Source: an uncultured bacterium
Lineage (GTDB): Bacteria > Hydrogenedentota > Hydrogenedentia > Hydrogenedentales > JAEUWI01
NCBI GenBank assembly: GCA_963977445.1
Contig: CAXBPH010000031.1
Location: 1-38,368, forward strand
Reading direction: 5' to 3'
Length of the DNA: 38,368 nucleotides
The translations under genes were made by a program, and so were the position numbers. Positions 17,885 through 27,418 of the stretch are shown here, piece after piece (position 1 is the first letter of the stretch; each line of letters opens with the position of its first letter). The notes beneath the pieces are model-generated. The model was not told the origin of the DNA and did no database searches. It worked only from the letters and a program-made list of their open reading frames with translations.

Positions 17885-20800
17885 ACTGCTTTCCCGTCCT
17901 GCAACTCATCCAGCAAGACCTGATAGCGCTCGAGATTCTGGTCCATGAGGGCCTTGAGGCGCTTCATCTCTTCCGTCTGCTCGCGGGTCTCTTTAAAGAT
18001 AGGTGCGAGCCATCCCTGCATCAGCTTGAACTGCTCGCTCATCACGCCAATCAGCGCGCGGGGCACCTTGGAAACCACCTCCACCGACGTGGTGTGGGGC
18101 GTGTCGTCACGGCTACCCATAGACGCAACGCCCGATCGCATGGCATCGCAAATGTGCTCTAGTCCATCGTTGATACTGCCCAACTGGAGCAATACCTGGG
18201 CCACGCCCTGGTCATCACCGAGGCCTTTCATCTTGAGATTCTTCGTAAAGGTCTTCTTGATACTGGCCCAACGTTCGGCCTCGGTCTCATCGAGACTGCC
18301 CGTAAGCTCCTTGAACTTCAGCATGTTGGACTCAGCACCGCTGGTCAGCGTCTGTGAGTCCCCCTCATAGTTACCGTGAATCAACGTCGTCAGCTCACCA
18401 TCATTCATAATATCCACCACCCGCTCCGCGATACGGTTCATATTACGATAGGAGCCCTGCAGCTTGAAGGAAGGTTCGGTCCGGTAGTCGTCTTGAATGC
18501 CCGCCGAACGGATATATTCCTTGTTTACTTCCAACACCACGTCACGCACGACCAGTAGTTTCTTCATGACGTTGACCATGCTGTTGATCTCATCGAGAGA
18601 ATAGTTCCCTTTGAGTTCGATGCCTTCACGGCTGTCCGTCTCGGCAGCACGAATAATGGCGTAGACATCGTCCTGACTCTTGGAAGCGAGTTGGTTCAGA
18701 ACAGAGTTCGATGTCAGGCAGTTTTCGAGATAACTCATCTCAAAGTCGTCCGCGCTGTCGCCGATAATTTCACCCAGGTTGTAGGTGTCGGCACGGTTGG
18801 CCAGCATGTCGGGAATCTGAAACTTCTCGCCACTTTCCGTGTAGGGGTTGCCCGCCATTACGACGGCAACTTTCTTGCCCCGCAAATCATAGGTACGGGT
18901 ACGCCCCTTATGGATGCCCTCAATCTTCCGCTGGGCATCGCACAACGATATGAATTTCTGCAAAAATTCCGGATTACAATGCTGAATATCGTCCACATAG
19001 AGCATCACGTTGTCGCCCATCTCCAGGGCGAGATTCAGCTTGGCCAACTCTTCACGGGCGGCCGCATTGGTCGCTTCCGAGGGATCCAGCGAGGTCACCT
19101 GATGGCCCAGGGCGGGACCATTGATCTTCATGAATATCAACCCGAGGCGATTGGCGATGTACTCCATCAAGGTGGTCTTACCATAGCCCGGAGGCGATAT
19201 GAGCAAGAGCATACCCATACGGTCCGTTCGCTTCTGATCCCCCGCCGCACCAATCTGCTTGGCCAGATTATCGCCAATGAGAGGCAGATACACGTTATCA
19301 ATGAGCTTATTCCGCACAAAGCTCGTGAGGACACGGGGCTTAAATTCATCCAGGCGTAAGGCCTCGGTCTCTTCTTCTACGATGGCCTTTTTACGGCTCA
19401 CATAGGTTTCATAACGCGGCACCGTCTCATTACGATAAGCCGTGAGTTTCGACATGAAGGTATTGAAGTTGAGCAGATAGCCCCCCCCCTCGACAAGGGA
19501 ATGGCTCCCCACAAGCCCCGACAACCGGGCAATGGACGAGGCATGGAGGACCCGTGTTATGTCGTGGTCTCCCGTCAACAACAGGCCCGCCACTTCGTCG
19601 ATGTAATCCCGCTCCACCGCGTCTTCACGACTGCGAACAAAGGCTCCGACCCAATCGCGACAAAGAAGAAAGGCACTGTTGGGATTCTCGCGAGTTTCCG
19701 CAAGGGACGTCGCGAATCGCTCCGCGAAATTGTGCTTCTGGAGATGCATATTGAATTGCTGAAAAATGGTGTCGGCATTTTCACTGATGACGCTGCCCCC
19801 GCCCTTCACAAGAATCTCAAAGAGATACCGGGCCGCCTCGTCAATCCACAAGGCGTCGAATACATCCGTCTCGGTCACGTAGGTACCAAGCAGCTGACGC
19901 AACTCCGCCGTGTAGTGCCGTTGGGCCTCCGCGTCGACGAAGAGTTCGCGAATGATGCCAAAGCCCTGCAGGGTGTTGGCGATACGTAGCTTCGCGATGT
20001 CATCGGCATACTGAAACCAGAACACCGTTGCCATGGCACGGGCCTTCGGGTGGAAGGCCAGCAGTCCAATAGAGGCTTCCATTTCGAGCAACGCCCGGAG
20101 GATATGCGCACCATCGGCATCGTGCACCCCTTTGACGTAGCCCTCGGAATAACGCGAGCCCATGAACTTCTGCACGTAGGCCTGCAAGTCTTCCTGGGAC
20201 AAGGCACGAAGCTCGCTCAATTCCATCCCACCCGGCTCGCGAACCGATTGGAGCAGTATATAAGCCAGGTACTCGGCGCGGTAGACGTCTCCGCTTTCCG
20301 AGACCACTTCCTGTGCCCAGAGATCACGGGTTGAGAGAAAGGGCTCGTCTTTTATGGCGTCAAAGTAGTTGGTGCCCGCCAGGTGAAAGTACATATCGTC
20401 ATCGCGAAATACGGTCGTGAGAGCAAGCTCAAAAGTATTCACGGTGAACTTGTGGGCACCGAAACGAATAATATTTTCGCCTTCTTCGAATAGTTCCTGA
20501 CGATCCTTAAGCTGGCGGGCTGCGTCTTCACGGATGGTCTTCAGCCGACTTTGGACATCGTCCATCTTCACGCTGTCGCCCAGCTCACCCATTTCCTGGA
20601 TGATACCACGGACCTTATCGATCATCAGGTCGGAGGCGAAATACCCATGAATTTCCTCGACCGTCTTAAACGTAGATACCCGACTCTTAATTCCATTCAG
20701 AATACGCTCCGCCGCCTGCATCAGGGCCGTCACACGTTTGTTCTGTTTCTCCTGAAGCTGAATCTTGACGGATTCAAAGGCGTTGTAGGCCTCCTCCCGC

Positions 20801-23037
20801 TTTTCCGTGAGTTGCATAACGAACTCATCGAATTCGGCGAAGCGCCCTTCCAATTCTTCAATCTGGACCATAACGCGGGTCAGATACTGCTCACATTTCG
20901 GAACCGTGTCGCACAGATCGATATAGTTGGCCACCGCCTGATTCAAAAGCTTAATCTGCGAGTTAAACTCGGCGATACCTTCCGATTTCCCCAATTCCCG
21001 GGTCTTGTTCTTCAATTGAGAGCGGGTCTTATTCAGGGTGGCAAAGATTTCGGAAATAGAATCAATAATGGTGGTGCGCTGGGTCGCGTCTTCAATCTTC
21101 AGATTACTGACCACGTCGATCAGCATCTCCAGGTCGGCCGATTGTTGATCCACCAATTCGGCCAATGCCCGTGCTTCCGCGACCTTGGCCAGACCATCAA
21201 TTTGCGCCGCGTGTTCCTCCACCGCAGTCGCATAAGGCGTGAGCGACTCGGGACGCAGCAGAAACTCCACGCATCGTTGTCCCAGTTTTTCCGCCTCGTC
21301 CGCCAGGGTGGTCTGGAGGGTTTCGACCGCCGCAAGATCCATATATTTGAGATCCCGCAACGCAATGACCTTGCCGCGAATGGTGCGGACCGCCGTCAGG
21401 GACTCCACAAAATCATGGATGTTGCCAAAAGGCTTGCTGGCGATGGTCTTGACGATCGTGTCCGCCTCGGCAGCGGCCGTGTTCAGTTGCTCTGTGGAAT
21501 TCCGCCGGGCATTGGAAACCTTATCAAACTCACTGATGGCCGACTGGGCCGCCTCTCGGATGACCTGAAGATCTTCCTTCAGGTTGAACGTCTCGTCGCT
21601 GCCAATCCAGTGGTACACGTCAAACATGACGCCAACTTTCTTGGCAATATCTCCGTAGAGATTCGCGTAACTGTCTTCTTTCGCAATGAGGTTGAGCACC
21701 TCATGGCAGTCCGCCATACCCCGAACGATTTCCTTGTTACCAATTTTGTAGAGCATCGAATCGGACTGGGCAGAAATCGGGAGATCGGCGCTGCGATAGG
21801 GCGTCTGCCAGATCTGGAGCGCATGATTCCGCTGCGGCTCGGGCGTCCCTTTGAAATAGACCAACTCACCATCTTTAAAGAGGGAATAGCCGTTGCACGG
21901 GATAGGCGTGTTCACCGTCTGGGTAATTACATTGTAGGAAAGGAGAACATAGTCGCCAAGATCACGACTATAGAAAACGAAGAGGTAATCCTCCCCGTTG
22001 GTCGAAGGAATGCGCTTCTCAAAGAGCATATCCTTGAAGCCACCACCAAAAGATTTCTGTTCACCCGTCTGCAACACATAGCCGTTGGCGTAAATCAGGC
22101 CATGCTCTTCGGGCAAAAAGACACAGGACTCCTGAATCGCATCGAGACGATAGACCTTCTGGTTTTTCTCGCAGTACACAAAATAGCGCCAGGCATTTTC
22201 CTGGTAGGGTTTAATCTTCAGGAGAATGAGGTTGCCCACGATGGCGTAGAAAAACTCGGCGTCATCCAGCGTCTGGTCGGCATTCTCCACGTCCTCGGCA
22301 TAAATACCAAGGCCCGAAGCCGTGTTGTTCTCTATCTTGATGGTCAGGTCGCCGCCCACCGTCTCCACGAAGAGCCGGTCTTCGATGGATACGTGGGGAT
22401 GCTTGCCATGGTACTGCATATCCCGGTGGGTGCGTTTCCACTCAAAATCATGCTGAGACGGAAAGCAGTAGTCGTGTTCACTACGATTGTCCAGATAGCT
22501 GAGGCTATTCTCACCGACCTGCCATTTGAAAACCTTAATGTCCCCTATCCCTTTCCCCACGCGGAACACCATAAACAGGTGTGGCCCGATAACGGAGAAC
22601 TTGGCGAAGACCGTATTCTTGTAGTACTTGAAGAGTTCCTGAAAATCCCGTTCAAAATTCTCATCGTTAATCAGGTCGAGGGGTTCCCGCACCAGGGTGT
22701 GGGCCTCTTCCATGCGATAGACGGAAAAGACGTCCTCCAGGGCAATTTGCGACTTGAGCCCGATGTGTACGTTATACCCGAAGATAAAGCGTTCGCCAAT
22801 GGGAACAATATCCCGGGCGATGCAGCTGTTGTCGGTGCTCAGGTGTTCCGTCGTAAGCAGCTTGGTCTCGATAGCGCCAAAGACATCTTTGCGCGCCCCA
22901 TTGAGTTGCTCCAGGCGGCCCTGCAGGGCGCGCCCCGCCTTGGCGAGGCGGTTACGTATGATTTCATAAGTACCCGCCTCGAGGCCCGGGGCCGTGGCTT
23001 CGACACCATCCGGTGTCGTTGCTTCCGGTTCAGCCAT
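17875..23037 (-). CDS. Large AAA+ ATPase, DUF3686-type (often auto-annotated 'DNA repair ATPase'): beta-rich N-terminus, long coiled coil, C-terminal AAA+ module
   Basis: 1720 aa; Walker A 'LLISPPGYGKTT', Walker B-like 'MLYVDDIQH', sensor-1 'MAGNPYT', Arg finger 'LANRAD'; N-terminal 'GTYEIIRNRL'; strong RBS AAGGAGG. Confidence 0.85.
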   Translation of the reverse strand: MAEPEATTPDGVEATAPGLEAGTYEIIRNRLAKAGRALQGRLEQLNGARKDVFGAIETKLLTTEHLSTDNSCIARDIVPIGERFIFGYNVHIGLKSQIALEDVFSVYRMEEAHTLVREPLDLINDENFERDFQELFKYYKNTVFAKFSVIGPHLFMVFRVGKGIGDIKVFKWQVGENSLSYLDNRSEHDYCFPSQHDFEWKRTHRDMQYHGKHPHVSIEDRLFVETVGGDLTIKIENNTASGLGIYAEDVENADQTLDDAEFFYAIVGNLILLKIKPYQENAWRYFVYCEKNQKVYRLDAIQESCVFLPEEHGLIYANGYVLQTGEQKSFGGGFKDMLFEKRIPSTNGEDYLFVFYSRDLGDYVLLSYNVITQTVNTPIPCNGYSLFKDGELVYFKGTPEPQRNHALQIWQTPYRSADLPISAQSDSMLYKIGNKEIVRGMADCHEVLNLIAKEDSYANLYGDIAKKVGVMFDVYHWIGSDETFNLKEDLQVIREAAQSAISEFDKVSNARRNSTEQLNTAAAEADTIVKTIASKPFGNIHDFVESLTAVRTIRGKVIALRDLKYMDLAAVETLQTTLADEAEKLGQRCVEFLLRPESLTPYATAVEEHAAQIDGLAKVAEARALAELVDQQSADLEMLIDVVSNLKIEDATQRTTIIDSISEIFATLNKTRSQLKNKTRELGKSEGIAEFNSQIKLLNQAVANYIDLCDTVPKCEQYLTRVMVQIEELEGRFAEFDEFVMQLTEKREEAYNAFESVKIQLQEKQNKRVTALMQAAERILNGIKSRVSTFKTVEEIHGYFASDLMIDKVRGIIQEMGELGDSVKMDDVQSRLKTIREDAARQLKDRQELFEEGENIIRFGAHKFTVNTFELALTTVFRDDDMYFHLAGTNYFDAIKDEPFLSTRDLWAQEVVSESGDVYRAEYLAYILLQSVREPGGMELSELRALSQEDLQAYVQKFMGSRYSEGYVKGVHDADGAHILRALLEMEASIGLLAFHPKARAMATVFWFQYADDIAKLRIANTLQGFGIIRELFVDAEAQRHYTAELRQLLGTYVTETDVFDALWIDEAARYLFEILVKGGGSVISENADTIFQQFNMHLQKHNFAERFATSLAETRENPNSAFLLCRDWVGAFVRSREDAVERDYIDEVAGLLLTGDHDITRVLHASSIARLSGLVGSHSLVEGGGYLLNFNTFMSKLTAYRNETVPRYETYVSRKKAIVEEETEALRLDEFKPRVLTSFVRNKLIDNVYLPLIGDNLAKQIGAAGDQKRTDRMGMLLLISPPGYGKTTLMEYIANRLGLIFMKINGPALGHQVTSLDPSEATNAAAREELAKLNLALEMGDNVMLYVDDIQHCNPEFLQKFISLCDAQRKIEGIHKGRTRTYDLRGKKVAVVMAGNPYTESGEKFQIPDMLANRADTYNLGEIIGDSADDFEMSYLENCLTSNSVLNQLASKSQDDVYAIIRAAETDSREGIELKGNYSLDEINSMVNVMKKLLVVRDVVLEVNKEYIRSAGIQDDYRTEPSFKLQGSYRNMNRIAERVVDIMNDGELTTLIHGNYEGDSQTLTSGAESNMLKFKELTGSLDETEAERWASIKKTFTKNLKMKGLGDDQGVAQVLLQLGSINDGLEHICDAMRSGVASMGSRDDTPHTTSVEVVSKVPRALIGVMSEQFKLMQGWLAPIFKETREQTEEMKRLKALMDQNLERYQVLLDELQDGKAVDG

Positions 23038-23097
23038 GTGCGATCCTCCTTGTTGGATTCATCACGTCGTCTGCCAATAGTTCCCGCAAAGTGCGGT

Positions 23098-25104
23098 TCA
23101 GCAGACTTGGCTGAGGGTTTTATCCGCAAATCCCAATTGCTGGGCCAGGCCCGCAAGAATCTGAAACTCATTCGCATCGCCCGCATCGTCGGCCATATTC
23201 TTCATCTTGCTAAGCAGGGCCGCAATGGACAGATTTTTTACGTCTTCACTACCGATAGCAAACTGGCTCGTAAAATGCTCCATCCGCGCCCGGAAGTACT
23301 CGGGGTCACCGTTGAAGAACGTATTCTTCACGTCCGTCAGGGCCTTGCTGTTGTCGACCCAGCGGTCCATCGCCTTACCCGACGTAATGGCCTGGGTGAT
23401 TTTATTGAAGAACTCCGTCTCCCCACCCACAATGTCGATCTTGGCCGTCTTGAGGGCCTGTCCGATAACCTCCGCCTGACGCGCTGCAATCTCACGCTGT
23501 GCGTCGATAGTGGCCAGGTCGATGGTCTTCTCTTTTTCCAGTTTGAGCTTGAATTCTTCGTGCTCCCGTCCGACCGCGTTGAAGAGCTTCATCGCCTCGG
23601 CCTTGTCCGTAATACCCTTGGCATCGGCCTCAAACTTAAGCTGCATGACATTCGCTTCGGCCGTACCCTGCTTCTCGACCGCCACCGCGTGGGCTTCCAT
23701 GCCCTTCGCTTCGGCAACCGCTTTGCTCTCGATGACCGTAGCCTCGGCGAGCCCCGTTGCAGCCTGTTCGGCCGTCACACCTTCTGCCAGCATCTTCTTG
23801 CCGGCTGCCTCGCGCTGACTGGCATCCCGCTTGGCTTCGGCAGAAATAACCGCCTCTTCGGCACTGAATCGCGCCGCGTCCCGCCGGGCTTCGGCCGCCT
23901 TGATCTCTTTCACCAGGGATTCCTGGGCATCTTTCTCGGCGGCCGTAATCGCCACCTGCTTCGCACGGTCCGCCGTAGCAAATTCCTGGGTGTCCTTGAT
24001 GCGTTCCTGCTCTTCCACCACCGCACGCTCTACGATGACGCGTTCGCGAATCACATCTTGAATCGCCTTCTTCTCCACCTCGATGGCTTTCTCTTTCTCA
24101 ATCTCCGCCAGACTCACAACACGCTCGCGCTCGGTGGCCTCCAGCATGCGGTCTTTCTCTACGCGTTCCTTCTCCACCTGGTCCGTACGCTCTTTGTTGC
24201 GCATGGCCACGATGACCTGTCGGTCTTTGTTCTCGTTGGCAATGGCCACCTCTTCTTCGGTGGTAATGCGCGCACGCTCCGACTTGAGACGTTCTTCTTC
24301 TTTGATTTTCGCCGCTTCGGCCTGTTCGCGGGATTGGACCGATTCAATTTCCCGAATCTGCTTCGCTTCCGCTTCCGCCTGCTGCTTTTCTAGTTCCAGG
24401 ATAGCTTCCCGCGCTTCCACGTCCTGTTTCTTGATGGTCTTCTCTTTGTCACGCGTAATGCTATTGGCCAGAATCTGCTGCTGGGCCGTCAGGTCGGTAA
24501 TCTTCTTGATACCTTCCGAGTCCAGGATATTGTGGGGATCCAGCTGATTCATGGGCGTCTGTTCAAGATAATCGATGGCCGCATCGTCGAGGATGTAGCC
24601 ATTCAAATCACGACCAATGATTTTTAGAATCTCTTCTTTGAATTCTTCCCGCGACGTGTAGAGGGCCACAAACTCAAACTTCTTACCCACACTCTTCAGC
24701 GCTTCTGAAAATTTCGCCTCAAAGAGCTCTTCCAGCTTCTCGCGCTCGGAGGCACGGGCCGCACCAATAGACTGAGCCACTTTCAACACGTCTTCTTCGT
24801 TGTTGTTTACCCGAACGAAGAAGGCCACCTTTATATCTGCCCGAACATTGTCCTGGCAGACTAGCCCCTGGGGACCATGGCGAAAAATCTCAATCCGCCG
24901 CACCGAGATATCCATGACCTCGGCCTGACGGACCAAGGGCAACAGAATCGCTTTGGAGAAGTGAACCGTCGGATTCTTACCACCGGTAATAATCAGCGCC
25001 GTGCCCTGCTCCACCTTGCGCCAACAACGAATCACCATAATCATGACCGCAAAAGCCACAACAATCAGCACGAACACTATGGTGCTCAGCAAACCATACA
25101 ACAT
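23098..25104 (-). CDS. Flotillin-family SPFH/Band-7 membrane protein (YqiK-like)
   Basis: N-terminal TM helix; SPFH core 'LVCQDNVRADIKVAFFVRVN...FSEALKSVG'; long E/A-rich coiled coil with AEA repeats; RBS AGGAGG. Confidence 0.9.
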   Translation of the reverse strand: MLYGLLSTIVFVLIVVAFAVMIMVIRCWRKVEQGTALIITGGKNPTVHFSKAILLPLVRQAEVMDISVRRIEIFRHGPQGLVCQDNVRADIKVAFFVRVNNNEEDVLKVAQSIGAARASEREKLEELFEAKFSEALKSVGKKFEFVALYTSREEFKEEILKIIGRDLNGYILDDAAIDYLEQTPMNQLDPHNILDSEGIKKITDLTAQQQILANSITRDKEKTIKKQDVEAREAILELEKQQAEAEAKQIREIESVQSREQAEAAKIKEEERLKSERARITTEEEVAIANENKDRQVIVAMRNKERTDQVEKERVEKDRMLEATERERVVSLAEIEKEKAIEVEKKAIQDVIRERVIVERAVVEEQERIKDTQEFATADRAKQVAITAAEKDAQESLVKEIKAAEARRDAARFSAEEAVISAEAKRDASQREAAGKKMLAEGVTAEQAATGLAEATVIESKAVAEAKGMEAHAVAVEKQGTAEANVMQLKFEADAKGITDKAEAMKLFNAVGREHEEFKLKLEKEKTIDLATIDAQREIAARQAEVIGQALKTAKIDIVGGETEFFNKITQAITSGKAMDRWVDNSKALTDVKNTFFNGDPEYFRARMEHFTSQFAIGSEDVKNLSIAALLSKMKNMADDAGDANEFQILAGLAQQLGFADKTLSQVC

Positions 25105-25197
25105 AAGACCATCCTCCTGTAGAGTACTAAAGTCACTATCATCTGGACGGGAAATACCCCTGCATTTCCGCCCTCCCGCAACATCAAATTATGTATG

Positions 25198-25875
25198 CTA
25201 TACCTCTAAAGTGCCTGCCTTATTCGATGAACCAGAAAAGGGCGCAACGATGTAGACACCATCATCATCTTTCGCGATTACCACGGCCTCTTCCCCTTTT
25301 GTGAGGGCAACACCGTCTCGCGTTTTAACGTTGAGTAGTAGCGGCGACCCCTGCAAGGGCACCTCCGCCTGACCGTGTTTTTCGGTGACTTCGAGAGAAC
25401 TCACGACACACAGCTGACCGATAACATGGACAACATCACTACTTTCATCGAAGGCTTTCTTGAGCAAGGGCACGAAGGGCATGAGGACAAGCTTTGTCGC
25501 CACAAAGCCACCGACAACAATCGGTATCACCAGAAATCCGGCAATCAGAACACTCGTGTTGCTCAAATAGTGGTTTGAAAGAATGGAGATGGCCCACATC
25601 GCGGTGCTGAGCACCGAGGCGACCACGGTCACGGGCACCTCGGCCGCGTAGACAAATTTCATCAGGGCCCCGAGAATACTCCCCCCTCCCTCAGCGCCAC
25701 CATCTACATCCAGGTCACCCCCGTCACCGTCCAAATCACCATCAAAATCAAAATCGAGCAAATCAGAACCGAAGACCCCCACCAGATATAAGATCCAGTA
25801 GAACAGGGATATACCAAAAAGGATGGTATAAGGCAGGTTTACTGGTCGTATGGACTCATGAAACAGCTCAATCAT
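25198..25875 (-). CDS. YqiJ/DUF1449-like (NfeD-type) membrane protein with C-terminal OB fold
   Basis: TM helix, Asp/Gly-rich linker (DFDFDGDLDGDG), further TM helices, then 'VIGQLCVV...GQAEV...LLLNVK...KGEEAVVI'. Start moved to the ATG at 25875 after an AGAGGG RBS. Lies directly upstream of a flotillin gene. Confidence 0.8.
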   Translation of the reverse strand: MIELFHESIRPVNLPYTILFGISLFYWILYLVGVFGSDLLDFDFDGDLDGDGGDLDVDGGAEGGGSILGALMKFVYAAEVPVTVVASVLSTAMWAISILSNHYLSNTSVLIAGFLVIPIVVGGFVATKLVLMPFVPLLKKAFDESSDVVHVIGQLCVVSSLEVTEKHGQAEVPLQGSPLLLNVKTRDGVALTKGEEAVVIAKDDDGVYIVAPFSGSSNKAGTLEV

Positions 25876-26211
25876 AATCAGCCCTCTGCAGCACACGTCG
25901 CGCGTCTGGATATAGTTGCCAGATACGAACGTTTGCCATCACGTTTCGCGGAGATACCCTCGCACTTCCCAATCGAGTGAAATCCCGACGCCCAAGAAAG
26001 TACCATCTTTACATGAACCCCTACAGGCGTTCAATGAACAAGCCGGGTCAAACTCCACCGTCCTACTTCGTGTTCGGTGTGCTCTATATACTCCTGAGAA
26101 GGCGGGTTTATTCGTTTTTCGATGGTTACGTTGCTGTCAGGTGCCTTGGGGCCATATCAGGTCTTGTTATAATCCGATTGGCAAGGCGGGTCCACTGGGC
26201 ACCTACACAAA

Positions 26212-26431
26212 GCACCAACAGGGGGTTGGGCATACCCACCACGGCGCGTCTTCGACCTGCCCGACACAAAGCCCACCAAGAGCCCCAACAAGCACGGCGT
26301 GCCATACTACACAAACCCAAAATAACCCAAAATTTGATCTGATGACGCTCGCGTGCTCAGGCCAGCGTCACGCGTGCCCCGGCGCCCACCATGCCCTATG
26401 TGTCGGGCAGGTATGCCCAACCCCCTGTTGG
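26212..26431. repeat. Inverted REP doublet downstream of the RAYT gene (left copy interrupted by a 21-bp insert)
   Basis: CCAACAGGGGGTTGGGCATA[21 bp]CCTGCCCGACACA at 26212-26279 (+) and an uninterrupted reverse complement at 26399-26431; hairpin GGGCA-TACC-TGCCC. Confidence 0.85.
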
Positions 26432-26444
26432 AACACTTTTTAAA

Positions 26445-27125
26445 TCACCGGTAGATCTCGGGAAGAAAATCTGGTGCTTCAAAGTAATAAAATTCGCCGG
26501 AATTAATATTCGCTTCCGCAGGATTGTTCTTGATGTATGAAAAACATCTTACCAGGTTATTCATACTACGCATGAGCCGATCCCAGTTCTCCTGTTGCCA
26601 CAGGGCACCCGAACGGCCCAGGTATTTGTTGATCTGGGCCGCCGAATATCCCTTCCAAGAGCCGAGAACATCCTCTACTTTATGAGTCCCACGCAATTGA
26701 AAAAGTGTATGGACATGATTCGGCATGACCACGAAGTTGCCAATGTCATAGCGCACATGGTCAAAATGGAGTATGGCCTCGGCAACCCGCTGCGAACATT
26801 CTACATCTCGTAAATGGCAAGAGCCATACCCTTGATCCAGCCATCGTTCGATCCGTTGTGGGAATAACCGTCGATAATCCAGGCGTGTGGCACTATCCCA
26901 TGGATACGGGTGGTTCTCGAGCCAGACCGACTTTTCGTCCCGCCAGCGCCGAAGTTTATCCTGGGGCAGGGAGTCCGTAAGGCGCCAAGTGACAAAATAA
27001 AATGCACCGTCGAGTTGCCAATGTGGCAGGTGGCGCTCATGAATCTCAACCGGGGAATCGGAACGGAGAAATGGATCGTGATAGGCTGCATTCTGATCGT
27101 TGTCCGAGTTGGCCTCGTGTCGCAT
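26445..27125 (-). mobile_element. REP-associated tyrosine transposase (RAYT, IS200-like Y1 HUH endonuclease)
   Basis: 'RHLPHW', 'YFVTWRLTDSLP', HUH motif 'FVVMPNHVH', 'WKGYSA', 'WQQENWDRLMR', catalytic Tyr in 'YIKNNP'. ATG at 27125 after GGAGG. Flanked on both sides by the same palindromic repeat. Confidence 0.88.
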
Positions 27126-27183
27126 ATCCAAGCCCTCCAAGTTGATTAAAATACTAGCGATTCCAGCCCGCTGCTACAAGCGT

Positions 27184-27230
27184 GCACCAACAGGGGCTTG
27201 GGCATACCTGCCCGAGACAAAGCCCACCAA
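27184..27230 (+). repeat. REP copy upstream of the RAYT gene
   Basis: GCACCAACAGGGGCTTGGGCATACCTGCCCGAGACAAAGCCCACCAA is near-identical to 26212-26279 once the 21-bp insert is removed (47 vs 68 bp). Confidence 0.85.
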
Positions 27231-27418
27231 AGACTCCCAATGCAACAAGCGCCATGGAATAGTCAACCCAAACCTTCTTCCCACTACCCGCAATCAATTC
27301 CCCCACCCCCGTCCCCAATTGCCACGCCACTTCCCTTTTTACTGCATATAGCGTTACTATGTCTCTCCAAAGACCACCACCATTTAAACTGCATTCTTCG
27401 CAACGAGGAAACCGAATC

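Noticed and set aside
20551..24393. 1280-aa ORF on the + strand
   Set aside because: It lies entirely antisense to the ATPase and flotillin genes, has no recognisable motifs, and its L/F/R/H-rich composition is what the reverse complement of E/K/A-rich coiled-coil codons produces. Treated as a shadow ORF.
25916..26443. 175-aa and 121-aa ORFs between the yqiJ-like gene and RAYT
   Set aside because: They run through REP repeats, have non-ATG starts and no recognisable protein features.
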